Origin: Gammaproteobacteria bacterium
GTDB lineage: Bacteria; Pseudomonadota; Gammaproteobacteria; Tethybacterales; CBDBMS01
Assembly (NCBI GenBank): GCA_965207545.1
Contig: CBDBMS010000003.1
Location: forward strand, 216,634-280,633
DNA length: 64,000 nucleotides
Reading direction: 5' to 3'
In this document: positions 46,895 to 56,505 of the stretch, piece by piece
Position numbering within the stretch: position 1 is the stretch's first letter
Layout of the letters: the number at the start of each line of letters is the position of its first letter
Translations under genes and position numbers: made by a program
The notes under the pieces: generated by a model
Told to the model about the DNA's origin: nothing
Databases searched by the model: none
Seen by the model: only the letters and a program-made list of their open reading frames with translations

Positions 46895-47959
46895 ATGACG
46901 GAAAAAAGAGGCTTGAGCGAACGGCTGAACAGTGACGGCGTTTTGTGTGCCGAGGGGTTCCTGTTCGAAATGGAGCGGCGCGGCTATCTTGCATCAGGCG
47001 CATTTGTACCCGAAGTGGCGCTGGAGTTTCCCGAAGCGCTACGGAACCTGCACGTTGATTTCCAGCATGCGGGGAGCGATGTTGTTGAGGCGTTCACCTA
47101 CAACGGTCATCGGGAGAAGATGCGCGTCCTCGGCAAGGAGGATATGCTGGAGCCGCTCAACCGAAGCGCCTTGAAGATTGCCCGGGAGGTTGCGGACAAT
47201 GTTCCGGCAGGGACGGAGCCGAACCTGATGGCGGGCAACATCTCGAACACAAACCTGTGGGAGCCTGACAATGTGGATTCCCACAAGATGGTGCGCGCCA
47301 TGTTTGACGAGATGGTCGGATGGGCTGCCGAGGAGGGGGCCGACTACGTCATAGGTGAAACGTTCTACTATGCGGGCGAGGCGCTGTGCGCCCTGGATGC
47401 AATCAAGGCGGGCGGACTCGAAGCCGTCGTCACACTTGCCCCGATGGCGGGTGAGGAGATGAGGGACGGCCGCGGCATAGTGGACACCTGCAAGGAACTT
47501 GAGCAGAAAGGTGCCGTGGTTGTCGGCATGAACTGTTTCCGCGGTCCGGAGACGATGATGCCTTGGGTGCGTGAGATCAGGAAAGCTGTCAAGTGCCATG
47601 TGGCCGCGCTTCCGGTGACGTTCCGCACTACGGAGGAGCACCAGACTTTCTTCAACCTTCCTGACAACAACGGCTGCAAGTGTCCGGCACCTCACGGGCG
47701 GCCGTTTCCGACGGCCTTGGATCCGGTGCGCACAAACCGCTACGAAATCAGGGCTTTCGCTGCCGAGGCGTGGAAGCTTGGCGTGAAGTACCTGGGCGTG
47801 TGTTGTGGAGCGGCGCCGACGGATATTCGCGAGGTGGCTGAGGCCATGGGCAGGATCCCTCCGGCCAGTCGGTTCAGCGAGGACATGTCGCGCCATTTCC
47901 TCTACGGCTCGCACGACCGGATACTCACAAGCATGAAGGAACTTGGCAAGACTGCCTAG
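46895..47959 (+). CDS. Homocysteine S-methyltransferase family protein (betaine-homocysteine methyltransferase-like)
   Basis: AEGFLFEMERRGY, AGSDVVEAFTY, and Zn ligands GMNC and GVCCG; strong AGGAG RBS before ATG 46895. Confidence 0.88.
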   Translation: MTEKRGLSERLNSDGVLCAEGFLFEMERRGYLASGAFVPEVALEFPEALRNLHVDFQHAGSDVVEAFTYNGHREKMRVLGKEDMLEPLNRSALKIAREVADNVPAGTEPNLMAGNISNTNLWEPDNVDSHKMVRAMFDEMVGWAAEEGADYVIGETFYYAGEALCALDAIKAGGLEAVVTLAPMAGEEMRDGRGIVDTCKELEQKGAVVVGMNCFRGPETMMPWVREIRKAVKCHVAALPVTFRTTEEHQTFFNLPDNNGCKCPAPHGRPFPTALDPVRTNRYEIRAFAAEAWKLGVKYLGVCCGAAPTDIREVAEAMGRIPPASRFSEDMSRHFLYGSHDRILTSMKELGKTA

Positions 47960-48042
47960 CGTGCGTACCGTGACAGGAAAGGCGCCAGATTGCCGCACCG
48001 GGAGTTTTCCGCTCACCTTGGTGAGTTAAGTTGTGATTCGTC

Positions 48043-49275
48043 GTGGACATCCGGCTAGCTGAAGGCTTTGCCGGCAAGGCAGGAGCCGAGGCGGCCGCAC
48101 AGGAGATCAGAAAGTGCGTTCATTGCGGAATGTGTCTTGCCAGCTGTCCCACCCACCAGTTGTGGGGAAACGAGCTGGACAGTCCCCGCGGCCGAATTTA
48201 CCTGGTGAAGTCCGCCCTTGAGACGGGCGCCCCCAACGAGACCTTGCGGTTGCATCTGGACCGATGCCTGACCTGTCGTGCGTGTGAGACCGCCTGTCCC
48301 TCGAATGTCGGTTATGCGGCGATAGCGAACCAGGGCCGGGAGATTGCCTCCGGACTGGACAGGCCTCGCGGACTGGCGGAGCGCATCAAGCGTTTCATTC
48401 TTGTCGAGATTGTGAGCCGTCCCCGTGTATTCAGGTTGCTCCTGTCCGCAGTTCGTCCGTTCCTGCCGCTGAGTCCCGCACATGCGAGGATGTTCGGGCC
48501 GTCTGCCCGTTCCGCGAAGCTGGAACGCCCTCCGTCCGCCGGAAAGAGAAAGAAGTTTGCTCTGTTCCCCGGCTGTGTGCAGCAGGTAGCGGGGATGTCG
48601 ACCAATCAGTCCCTGATCAACGTGTTTGCCGCCGCCGGCATTGATGTCGAGGTGATTGACAGTCCTTGTTGCGGGGCGTTGCATCACCACATTGGACTGC
48701 ATGGTCGCGCCAAGCGTGTCATGCAGAGCAACATGGACAAGGTGTGCAAACGGCTTGAGAGCGGCGATTTCGCCGGCATTGTGATGGCCGCCAGCGGATG
48801 CGGCCTGATGCTGAAGGAGTATGCCAGCTGTTTCCGCGGCGACGAAAGGGAGAAGGAGGCTGAACTGTTCAGCAGACATGTCAAGGATCCTGTCGAAGTG
48901 GTGGACGCCGAGTGGAAGAGCCTGGAAGGCCGGCTCCGGAGGAAGGAGCCGGGCAGCAGGGTGGTCTTTCACTCTCCATGTACGTTGCAGCATGGGCAGT
49001 GTCTTGGCGGGCTCGTGGAGAGGATGCTGATCCGTGCCGGCTTTGATCTCCAAGAGGCCGAGGACGGAGAAACATGCTGCGGAGCGGCCGGAAGCTACTT
49101 TCTTCTCTATCCGAAAACGGCGGAAAGACTGAGAAGGCATAAAACCGGCGCTCTTCTGGCCAAGGCTCCGGAGACTGTGCTCTCGTCGAACATTGGGTGC
49201 ATCATGCACATCAGGCAGGGAACGGACATTCCGGCAAGTCACTGGCTTGATGCGTTAGCCGATCGGATCCAGTGA
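48043..49275 (+). CDS. glcF: Glycolate oxidase iron-sulfur subunit
   Basis: CVHCGMC...CPT, ELDSPRGRIY, CLTCRACETACPS, two CCG domains and SNIGC. Confidence 0.88.
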   Translation: MDIRLAEGFAGKAGAEAAAQEIRKCVHCGMCLASCPTHQLWGNELDSPRGRIYLVKSALETGAPNETLRLHLDRCLTCRACETACPSNVGYAAIANQGREIASGLDRPRGLAERIKRFILVEIVSRPRVFRLLLSAVRPFLPLSPAHARMFGPSARSAKLERPPSAGKRKKFALFPGCVQQVAGMSTNQSLINVFAAAGIDVEVIDSPCCGALHHHIGLHGRAKRVMQSNMDKVCKRLESGDFAGIVMAASGCGLMLKEYASCFRGDEREKEAELFSRHVKDPVEVVDAEWKSLEGRLRRKEPGSRVVFHSPCTLQHGQCLGGLVERMLIRAGFDLQEAEDGETCCGAAGSYFLLYPKTAERLRRHKTGALLAKAPETVLSSNIGCIMHIRQGTDIPASHWLDALADRIQ

Positions 49276-51251
49276 CGGCAGCGCCGGATGAAATGCTGTG
49301 GGTCCCGTCCCCTGAACAGGTTGAGGGTTCCCAGATGCGGAGTTTCATGAACCATGTGAACCGTCTGCATTCGTCCAGCCTCCGTCTGCATTCCGATCTG
49401 GAACAGTGGGCTCTTGCCAACAAGGAAATTTTTTGGCGCGAGCTTGTCAGCTGGAGCGGCATCATCTACGAAGGCGCAGCGGAGCCTGTCCTTGTCGACG
49501 GCGACGACTTCCTCAAGTCGAGATGGTTTCCGGAACTTCGGCTGAACTATGCCGAGAACATGCTGGCCGGCGATCCGGACGAAATAGCGGTCATCGACTG
49601 GAACGAGGACGGCACTGCGCGCCATGTTACCCGGGGGGAACTTGCCGCCGCAGTGTCCTGCATTGCCCTTCGGCTAAGGGAGTGGGGTGTGGAGCCCGGC
49701 GACAGAGTGGGAGCCGTGGTTTCCTGTTCCTGGGAGGCCATCGCCTGCCTGCTTGCGTGCGCATCCCTTGGAGCTGTCTGGAGCAGCTGTTCGCCTGACT
49801 TCGGGAGTTCGGCCATTCTGGACCGGCTTGGCCAGATATCGCCGAAACTGGTCTTCGCCGTTGACGGCTACCGGTACAACGGCCGAAGAATTGAGACCTT
49901 CAGCCGCACAGTCGACGCAGTCGGCGGCATCGGATCGGTGGAACGGATTGTCAGGCTGAACTATCTTGGTGACGTTCCGGACTACGGTTCGGCCGTCAGT
50001 TTCGAGAGTCTTCTTCAAGACGCGCCAAAGGGTGGTCATGAGCATGTGAGGGTTCCATTCGACCATCCGCTCTACATTCTGTTCACGTCCGGAACAACGG
50101 GCAAGCCGAAATGCATCGTCCACGGTCACGGCGGCTCGTTGGTTGAGCATGTGAAGGAGCATCGGCTACATGTGGATTTGCGACACGGAGAGCGGATGTT
50201 GTACTTCACCACATGTGGCTGGATGATGTGGAACTGGCTGGTTTCGGGTCTTGCATCCGGTGCGACCGTTTGCGTATTTGACGGTTGTCCGCTAGGCAGG
50301 AGCCCGGACATCCTGTGGCAGATGGCCGAAAGGGAAAGGATCGGCGTTTTCGGCACAAGCGCCAAGTATCTTGCCGCACTTGAGAAGTCTGGCATTAGTC
50401 CTAGGCGGAGTTTTGACCTCAAGCCGCTGAGGGCTGTTCTGTCGACTGGCTCACCTCTCGCTCCGGGCTTGTTTGACTATGTCCATCGCGAGATCAAGAG
50501 GGATGTGCACCTACAGTCGATATCGGGCGGGACAGACATTGTGGGCTGCCTTGTGCTTGGCTCTCCGATGCTGCCAGTCCGTAGGGGCGAGATCCAGTGC
50601 GCATCGCTTGGCTACGACATTCAGGTGTACGGCGACGACGGCAGTCCGCTGACAGGAAAACAGGGTGAACTGATATGCCGGAGTTCGATCCCCAACAAAC
50701 CTCTCTGTTTCTGGGGCGACGACGGCACGAGATACCGTTCTTCCTATTTTGAGCGTTTTGACGGAATATGGACTCACGGCGATTATGCGACCAAAATTGC
50801 CCATAATTCTGAACAATTAGGCACTTATCATAGTATCATAATACATGGGCGTTCGGATGCAACGTTGAACCCTAGCGGGGTTCGGATAGGCACATCCGAA
50901 ATCTATGGTTGTGTTGAACGGTTTGAGGAAATACAGGAGGCGTTGGCTGTATCAAAAAATGTTGGGGATGACGAGGAGATAATTCTGTTCATTGTGATGA
51001 AAGAAGGATTTGAGTTTACAGATCATTTGTGCAAAAAGATACGTACAGATATCTCTGGTAGCCTGAGTTTCAGGCACGTTCCTCGTTGGATATACAGCGC
51101 TCCTGACTTTCCAAGAACGCGGAGTGGCAAGATAGCTGAACTTGCGGTCAAGGCTGCCGTTGAGAACAGAATACAGAATCAAAGAGAGTTCGCTGGCTTG
51201 GAAAATCCTGAGGCGGTTGAATTCTTTATAAACAGGTCTAGAAATGGTTGA
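49272..51251 (+). CDS. Acetoacetate--CoA ligase
   Basis: LNYAEN, WSSCSPDFG, FTSGTTGKPKCIVH, WMMWNWL, SISGGTD, GRSDATLNP.GVRIG and TRSGK motifs. Confidence 0.92.
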   Translation: MTAAPDEMLWVPSPEQVEGSQMRSFMNHVNRLHSSSLRLHSDLEQWALANKEIFWRELVSWSGIIYEGAAEPVLVDGDDFLKSRWFPELRLNYAENMLAGDPDEIAVIDWNEDGTARHVTRGELAAAVSCIALRLREWGVEPGDRVGAVVSCSWEAIACLLACASLGAVWSSCSPDFGSSAILDRLGQISPKLVFAVDGYRYNGRRIETFSRTVDAVGGIGSVERIVRLNYLGDVPDYGSAVSFESLLQDAPKGGHEHVRVPFDHPLYILFTSGTTGKPKCIVHGHGGSLVEHVKEHRLHVDLRHGERMLYFTTCGWMMWNWLVSGLASGATVCVFDGCPLGRSPDILWQMAERERIGVFGTSAKYLAALEKSGISPRRSFDLKPLRAVLSTGSPLAPGLFDYVHREIKRDVHLQSISGGTDIVGCLVLGSPMLPVRRGEIQCASLGYDIQVYGDDGSPLTGKQGELICRSSIPNKPLCFWGDDGTRYRSSYFERFDGIWTHGDYATKIAHNSEQLGTYHSIIIHGRSDATLNPSGVRIGTSEIYGCVERFEEIQEALAVSKNVGDDEEIILFIVMKEGFEFTDHLCKKIRTDISGSLSFRHVPRWIYSAPDFPRTRSGKIAELAVKAAVENRIQNQREFAGLENPEAVEFFINRSRNG

Positions 51252-54200
51252 CGAACAAAAACCAAAATCAAGAGTCTTCGGAAGATTCGCAAAGCAGAAG
51301 CCATCCCTACTGGATGAAATGAAGGGTTCGGATAAGGCGAAACAGCCGGCCGATGCTTCTTCGGTTGCGAAGCCTCCACCGCTTCCCACTCCCGTGGCAG
51401 ATGACAGTTCAACACCTGCCGAACAGCCAGCCGCCGCTGCAGCCCCAGCCACTCCGCCCAGGCAGTTTGGAGGTGTGAAGCCGCGGACTCCCATGATGGG
51501 TGCTCCAGGAAACCCGGTTCCGAAAGAATTTCAAGCGACTCCGCCCAAGGCGACTATTCCCCCTAAGCCGCCTGCGGCGCCGGCTTCCGAGCCTGCAGCG
51601 CCTGCGGCCAAGATGACTCCCCCCAAGGCGCCGGTGCCGCCGGCTGCGGCGCCGGCTTCCAAGCCCGCGCCTGCGGCTCCTGCACCCACCCCGGCTGCCC
51701 CAGCTGCGGCTCCTGCACCCAAGCCTGCGCTCACTCCGCCGGCTGCGGCGCCGGCTTCCGAGCCCGCGCCTACGGCTCCTGCACCCACCCCGGCTACCCC
51801 AGCTGCGGCTCCTGCACCCAAGCTTGCGCTCGCTCCGTCGGCTCCTGCGGCGCCGGCTTCCGAGCCCGCGCCTACGGCTCCTGCACCCACCCCGGCTGCC
51901 CCAGCTGCGGCTCCTGCACCCAAGCCTGCGGCGGCACCTGCGCCCACACTCGCAGGGGGCTCTCTTGCCTTTGCCCAAAAGGGTTCTTCCGGCCAGAAGA
52001 TGGGCCGTGCCGCGGTAGCTCCCCCGCCCATGCCTGATCGCCCGAAAGATACGTCGGCACCCAAGCTTGCCAAACGGTCTGCAGCTGCACCTTCCCCAGA
52101 TGACCTCTCCTCTGATGTTGCAGAAGAGGCGGCTGTAGCATCCCCAGTCTTGGCACAGGCCGCTCCCCCCGTTGCAGAAGTTCCCGCGGCTGAAGAGGCC
52201 ATCCAATTCCCGAAAGCGCCACCCGTGAAGGGAATCACAATACCGTCGCGCGGCACCATCTCGGGAGAAGGTGATTTAAAGGATTCACATACAAGTTCCG
52301 TTGACATGGATGAGGTGCTGAAACAGATCAAGGAGGATTCGATCGGCACCCGTGTGGTCCAGATTTCCCAGGCATACTCCCTCCTGTCGACACATTGGAT
52401 CAAGGAGCACAAGGGCATGGTCATCGCCATCTTCCTGGTCGTGGTCGTGGTCGTGGGAGGCATTAACGCATTTAACACCTTTTATCCCCGGTATCTGGAG
52501 GAGAAGGCCCTGACGGCGTATGAGAACGACCTCTACCAGGAAGCAATCGATGCCGTTGAGGACTACCGGAAATACGACACCGATAATTTCGGCCTTGTCT
52601 ATCTTTTGGCTCGTGCCAAGCTCAAACAGGGGGATTTTTCCGGCGCCCTTGACGAGTTCAACCTGTTGTCCAGTTTCAGCGATGTTCCCAACCAGGCTGA
52701 TGTAGACTTCTACTTCTACCAGGGACTGATCGGACACGAGAGCGTTGAGGACGCACTCCGGAATCTGGCACGTGCACTCGAAGCTGATTCCAACCACCTA
52801 CCATCAAGGCTTCTAAGGAGAATCTACGGCGCCATGGCATCGAGCAGCCTTAGCAGCGAGATTGTAGATCAGTATCTGGGCGAGGTAAAGCAGATTGACC
52901 GTCTTGATGGTGAGAAATACGTCGAGCAGCTTAATGTGATGCTTGTCTATCTATTGGAGCACTCAGAGAGAATATTCGGGACAATCAGGCCGATAAGTGC
53001 ACGCCCTCTCCAAGTGAGAGATATCTCGGGCGTTGGGGTTGGATTCAAGAACGAATACACAGTTGACATGTCGGGCATTGTTGAGAAAGATGTCTACGAT
53101 CCTGCGCACATCGTTGATGTGCTCAAGTTTCTTGCTATCCAGATGGGTGGAAACTACGAGGATAGCGAACTGGGCTATCTGGCCGGGATTTTTGCCGACC
53201 AGTACACAAAGCGGGCTGACTACCATCTGGGAGGGTTCCTTGCCGGCGTATATGCGGCGTCCCAGCTGGATTACAGCGATGCGTACAAGTTCTTCGACCA
53301 GGTTTCCCAGGCATATTCGGGGGATCCGAGCGTTCTGCTGAACAAGGCGACGGCACGCCTGTTCAGCACGCCTGATGCGTTCATCCTGTCCTTCGATGAC
53401 TACAACAACGTGCTCACTGTCGAAACAGAAAACGTTCTTGGCCTCAACAACCGGGGCTTCATCAATCTCTGGTTCACCGACAACCTGAACAAGGCGAAGC
53501 AGGACCTCGCAAGGGCAATGAAAGTCGCCCCCGATGACATTTCCGTCATCTACAATCTCGCCCAGACCCACCATGTTGCCGGGGAGAACAGCGATGCGGT
53601 TCCGCTGTTCGACAAGGTGGTCGAGCAGAATCCCGTCTATGGAAACGTTTATCTTTACAGAGGCCTTAGCTATAAGGCCACAGGTCAGCTTGAAAAGGCA
53701 GTCAAGGACTTCAATGACTTCAAGATCCAAGACCCGCAGAGCGTTGAGCCCTATGTCCAGAACGCCATCTTGTTCGATGACAGCGCCGGCTACAAGCTGG
53801 CAATCAGGGAGTTGACCAAGGCTCTTACCATCAAGCCGAATGATGACAGGATTGAAACCATTCTGGCGGATTTCTATCTCAAGGCCGACCGCATATTTGA
53901 TGCCGAGAGGTTGCTTGAGAGTATCGGCGATTCGGACAATCCCAGTATCAGGCTTCTGAGAGGCAGACTGCTTCTCAGCCAGGAGGATCCAAGTGCGGAG
54001 TCGGTGCTCAAGACCGTCTACGACGAGTATCTTGCCACCCCTGAGCGGGAAAGGCTGCAGAACGTGGAGGTGTTCATCTACTATCTGGATGCGCTGCTGT
54101 TGAACAACAAGGTCGACCTGATGGTTGATGTGGCATCAGCCGCTCCGGCAGACCTCCAGAATGACATTGAGATACTGAAGCGCCAAGCAACCGCACTTAA

Positions 54201-55155
54201 CAAGAGAGGCAATGCGACCGAGGCTCTCGGCTTTGCTCGCCGTGCGCTTGAGATTGACTCGCTCGACTTCGGGGTGCAGGTCGTACTTGGAGACATCTAT
54301 TCGGATACCGGACGCTTCCAGGAGGCGATCTCGACCTTCGAGACCGCACAGAGAATCAAGCCCGAATCGGTTGATGTGCTCTACAAGCTTGAGAGCCTTT
54401 ACGACCTGTTGAACTCGAACGAAAAGCTGAGCTACATCAAGGATCAGATCGCGCGGGTGGAGAGCCAGCAGGTTCTGCAGGCTGAAAGCAAGGATGTCCT
54501 GAACGACATAGTCGCGTCAGGGTCAGTGGCAGGAGAGAATGTGCTGCAGAACGAGGCCCAGGTTCAGCGTCTGAGAGAATCAATAGAGCAGATCAACGAG
54601 AAGCTAGCTGACAATCCCGGGGAGGCAGTGCTTTACTACAACCGCGGCGTGGTTGAGCTTTCAATCGGAGACAACACTGCGGCGGTCAACAGCATGCAAC
54701 AGGCCGTAGAGATTGATCCGGACAATGCTGACTATCAGATGGGTCTTGCGCAGTCGTACAGCAGGGCTGGCTTGTACTCCGATGCGGTTGGAACGCTGAC
54801 TGACGTGATTACGGCCGATCCCAACCATTTCGAGGCTGTTTTCAACCGTGCTGTTGCCTATCATAACGCCAAGGATGTCGTGAACGCTGTCAAGGACTAC
54901 ACCACGGCGATCCGACTCAACCCGGGGTATGCCAATGCCTACTACAACCGGGGCGCCATTCTGGTTTCCGCCGGCGACTACTATCGGGCGATTGAGGAAT
55001 TCACCCGCGTCATTGAATTGCGCAACAGCGACATCAAGTCGTATCTGGCGCGTTCGCAGGTGTATCGCCTGCTTGGCGACACCGAAAAGGCGGATCGGGA
55101 TCTTGAAGCAGCCAGAATACTTCGTGCCTCCGCGAGCGGAGGCTCTTCACAGTAG
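51244..55155 (+). CDS. Large single-pass membrane TPR protein with a Pro/Ala-rich N-terminus (1303 aa)
   Basis: Low-complexity PA-rich region, one TM helix (MVIAIFLVVVVVVGGI), then many TPR motifs (e.g. AYYNRG...A..DF..AI.LNP). Confidence 0.85.
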   Translation: MVDEQKPKSRVFGRFAKQKPSLLDEMKGSDKAKQPADASSVAKPPPLPTPVADDSSTPAEQPAAAAAPATPPRQFGGVKPRTPMMGAPGNPVPKEFQATPPKATIPPKPPAAPASEPAAPAAKMTPPKAPVPPAAAPASKPAPAAPAPTPAAPAAAPAPKPALTPPAAAPASEPAPTAPAPTPATPAAAPAPKLALAPSAPAAPASEPAPTAPAPTPAAPAAAPAPKPAAAPAPTLAGGSLAFAQKGSSGQKMGRAAVAPPPMPDRPKDTSAPKLAKRSAAAPSPDDLSSDVAEEAAVASPVLAQAAPPVAEVPAAEEAIQFPKAPPVKGITIPSRGTISGEGDLKDSHTSSVDMDEVLKQIKEDSIGTRVVQISQAYSLLSTHWIKEHKGMVIAIFLVVVVVVGGINAFNTFYPRYLEEKALTAYENDLYQEAIDAVEDYRKYDTDNFGLVYLLARAKLKQGDFSGALDEFNLLSSFSDVPNQADVDFYFYQGLIGHESVEDALRNLARALEADSNHLPSRLLRRIYGAMASSSLSSEIVDQYLGEVKQIDRLDGEKYVEQLNVMLVYLLEHSERIFGTIRPISARPLQVRDISGVGVGFKNEYTVDMSGIVEKDVYDPAHIVDVLKFLAIQMGGNYEDSELGYLAGIFADQYTKRADYHLGGFLAGVYAASQLDYSDAYKFFDQVSQAYSGDPSVLLNKATARLFSTPDAFILSFDDYNNVLTVETENVLGLNNRGFINLWFTDNLNKAKQDLARAMKVAPDDISVIYNLAQTHHVAGENSDAVPLFDKVVEQNPVYGNVYLYRGLSYKATGQLEKAVKDFNDFKIQDPQSVEPYVQNAILFDDSAGYKLAIRELTKALTIKPNDDRIETILADFYLKADRIFDAERLLESIGDSDNPSIRLLRGRLLLSQEDPSAESVLKTVYDEYLATPERERLQNVEVFIYYLDALLLNNKVDLMVDVASAAPADLQNDIEILKRQATALNKRGNATEALGFARRALEIDSLDFGVQVVLGDIYSDTGRFQEAISTFETAQRIKPESVDVLYKLESLYDLLNSNEKLSYIKDQIARVESQQVLQAESKDVLNDIVASGSVAGENVLQNEAQVQRLRESIEQINEKLADNPGEAVLYYNRGVVELSIGDNTAAVNSMQQAVEIDPDNADYQMGLAQSYSRAGLYSDAVGTLTDVITADPNHFEAVFNRAVAYHNAKDVVNAVKDYTTAIRLNPGYANAYYNRGAILVSAGDYYRAIEEFTRVIELRNSDIKSYLARSQVYRLLGDTEKADRDLEAARILRASASGGSSQ
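51637..51930 (+). repeat. ~3 tandem copies of a 99-102 nt coding repeat (PPAAAPASEPAPTAPAPTPAAPAAAPAPKPALT)
   Basis: Near-identical units begin at ~51637, 51736 and 51835. Confidence 0.9.
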
Positions 55156-55201
55156 AGGATTCCTAGAGAGCCACAGAGCCATGCCTTTCCTTGTGATGAG
55201 A

Positions 55202-56413
55202 CTAGGGGGCATTGGCAAGTTCGACGCATATTCCTTTCAGGAACGGAAAGTGATATGCGCCTGCGAGGGCAAAGCGTTCCATTGCGGAACCCAGAGTTTT
55301 GCAGTCTCCGGTTATGTGTGTTGCAACGGAGCCGACAACACATGACAAACCTGCGGTTCTGATCCTGCGCTGGAGTTCGTAGCGGCTCAGTGCCGCACTG
55401 TCGCCAGGATCGCTGAGCCGAAGGCAGGTGCGCGCAAGCTGTCTGCAGTCCCCTAGACCCAGGTTGAGACCCATGCCGGCCAGTGGATGGAGGACATGGG
55501 AGCTGTCGCCTGCGAGAACGATCCGGTTCGATACCGTTCTGTAACGCCAAAGCCTGGATAGGGGGTGGATCTTGACGGGACTGGCCACCTCGAAATCACC
55601 TGCCATCCCGGACGTCCGCTCGCCAAGATCATGTGCGAGTTCCGCGGGCGACTGTCCATGCATTTTTCCGGCAAGATCCGTCGGAAGCGACCATACGACG
55701 GAATATTCGAAACTGGAAACGGGAAGGAGAGCTATGACATCGCACCGACCCAGCCACTGCCAAGCGGTTCTTTGGACGTCTCTCCGCATCATCACCCTGA
55801 AGGTTGCCGAAGAGTGTCCATAGCTTTCGGCCTTTCCGGCAAATCCGGCTTCACTGGCGGTTTTCGAGTTTGACCCGTCCGCCCCTATGGTCAGTTTCGC
55901 CTTGATCCGGGTTCCGTCGTCGGCCACTGCGACACATGTTTTCTCTCCGCACTCCAGGCTGTGAAGTCTCGCATTGAGACAGGTTATTCCGTGGCTCTCC
56001 GAAATCTTCCGGTTGACTTCATCGGACAACAGCCTGTGCGGAACGATGTGACACAGTTCACTTCTTCCGCTTGCCACCGCATGGAACGACATCTCTCTGC
56101 CGTCAAGGCCGAACACCCGCATCCTAGCTACGCGGCCGGCATCTTTCAGGTCAATTCCCAGTTGCTGAAGCCACTCCATGGAGGATGCGGCAAGCGCGTA
56201 GTCAGGTCCGCCAGAGTCTGTCTCCGGCCCTAGGAGTGCCACCTTTCGATCCGTGCCGGCGGCGGCCAGCGCAGCCGTGCATCCGACGAGACTGCGTCCG
56301 ACGACGAGCACATCGTGGCTTTTCACGGGAACCGTGTCATGTCGCCGGCTTTTCGACCTTTGTTTTCGTGGTTTCGGCACGGTCGAGCCAGCATTCGGCG
56401 GGCGTACTTTCAT
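55202..56413 (-). CDS. UbiH/UbiF-family FAD-dependent hydroxylase (start 56413 or GTG 56326)
   Basis: DVLVVG.SLVG, IGADGSNS, AWQW, LLP, SVVWS and GDSSHVLHPLAGMGLNLG motifs. Confidence 0.85.
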   Translation of the reverse strand: MKVRPPNAGSTVPKPRKQRSKSRRHDTVPVKSHDVLVVGRSLVGCTAALAAAGTDRKVALLGPETDSGGPDYALAASSMEWLQQLGIDLKDAGRVARMRVFGLDGREMSFHAVASGRSELCHIVPHRLLSDEVNRKISESHGITCLNARLHSLECGEKTCVAVADDGTRIKAKLTIGADGSNSKTASEAGFAGKAESYGHSSATFRVMMRRDVQRTAWQWLGRCDVIALLPVSSFEYSVVWSLPTDLAGKMHGQSPAELAHDLGERTSGMAGDFEVASPVKIHPLSRLWRYRTVSNRIVLAGDSSHVLHPLAGMGLNLGLGDCRQLARTCLRLSDPGDSAALSRYELQRRIRTAGLSCVVGSVATHITGDCKTLGSAMERFALAGAYHFPFLKGICVELANAP

Positions 56414-56505
56414 GCAGATCATTATAGGCCTATCAGAAGCTGGCACCGTGTTGGAGCATGGTTTTGCAGCGGGCTTTGCATCAGGGTGTCAGGTACAATT
56501 AACGA

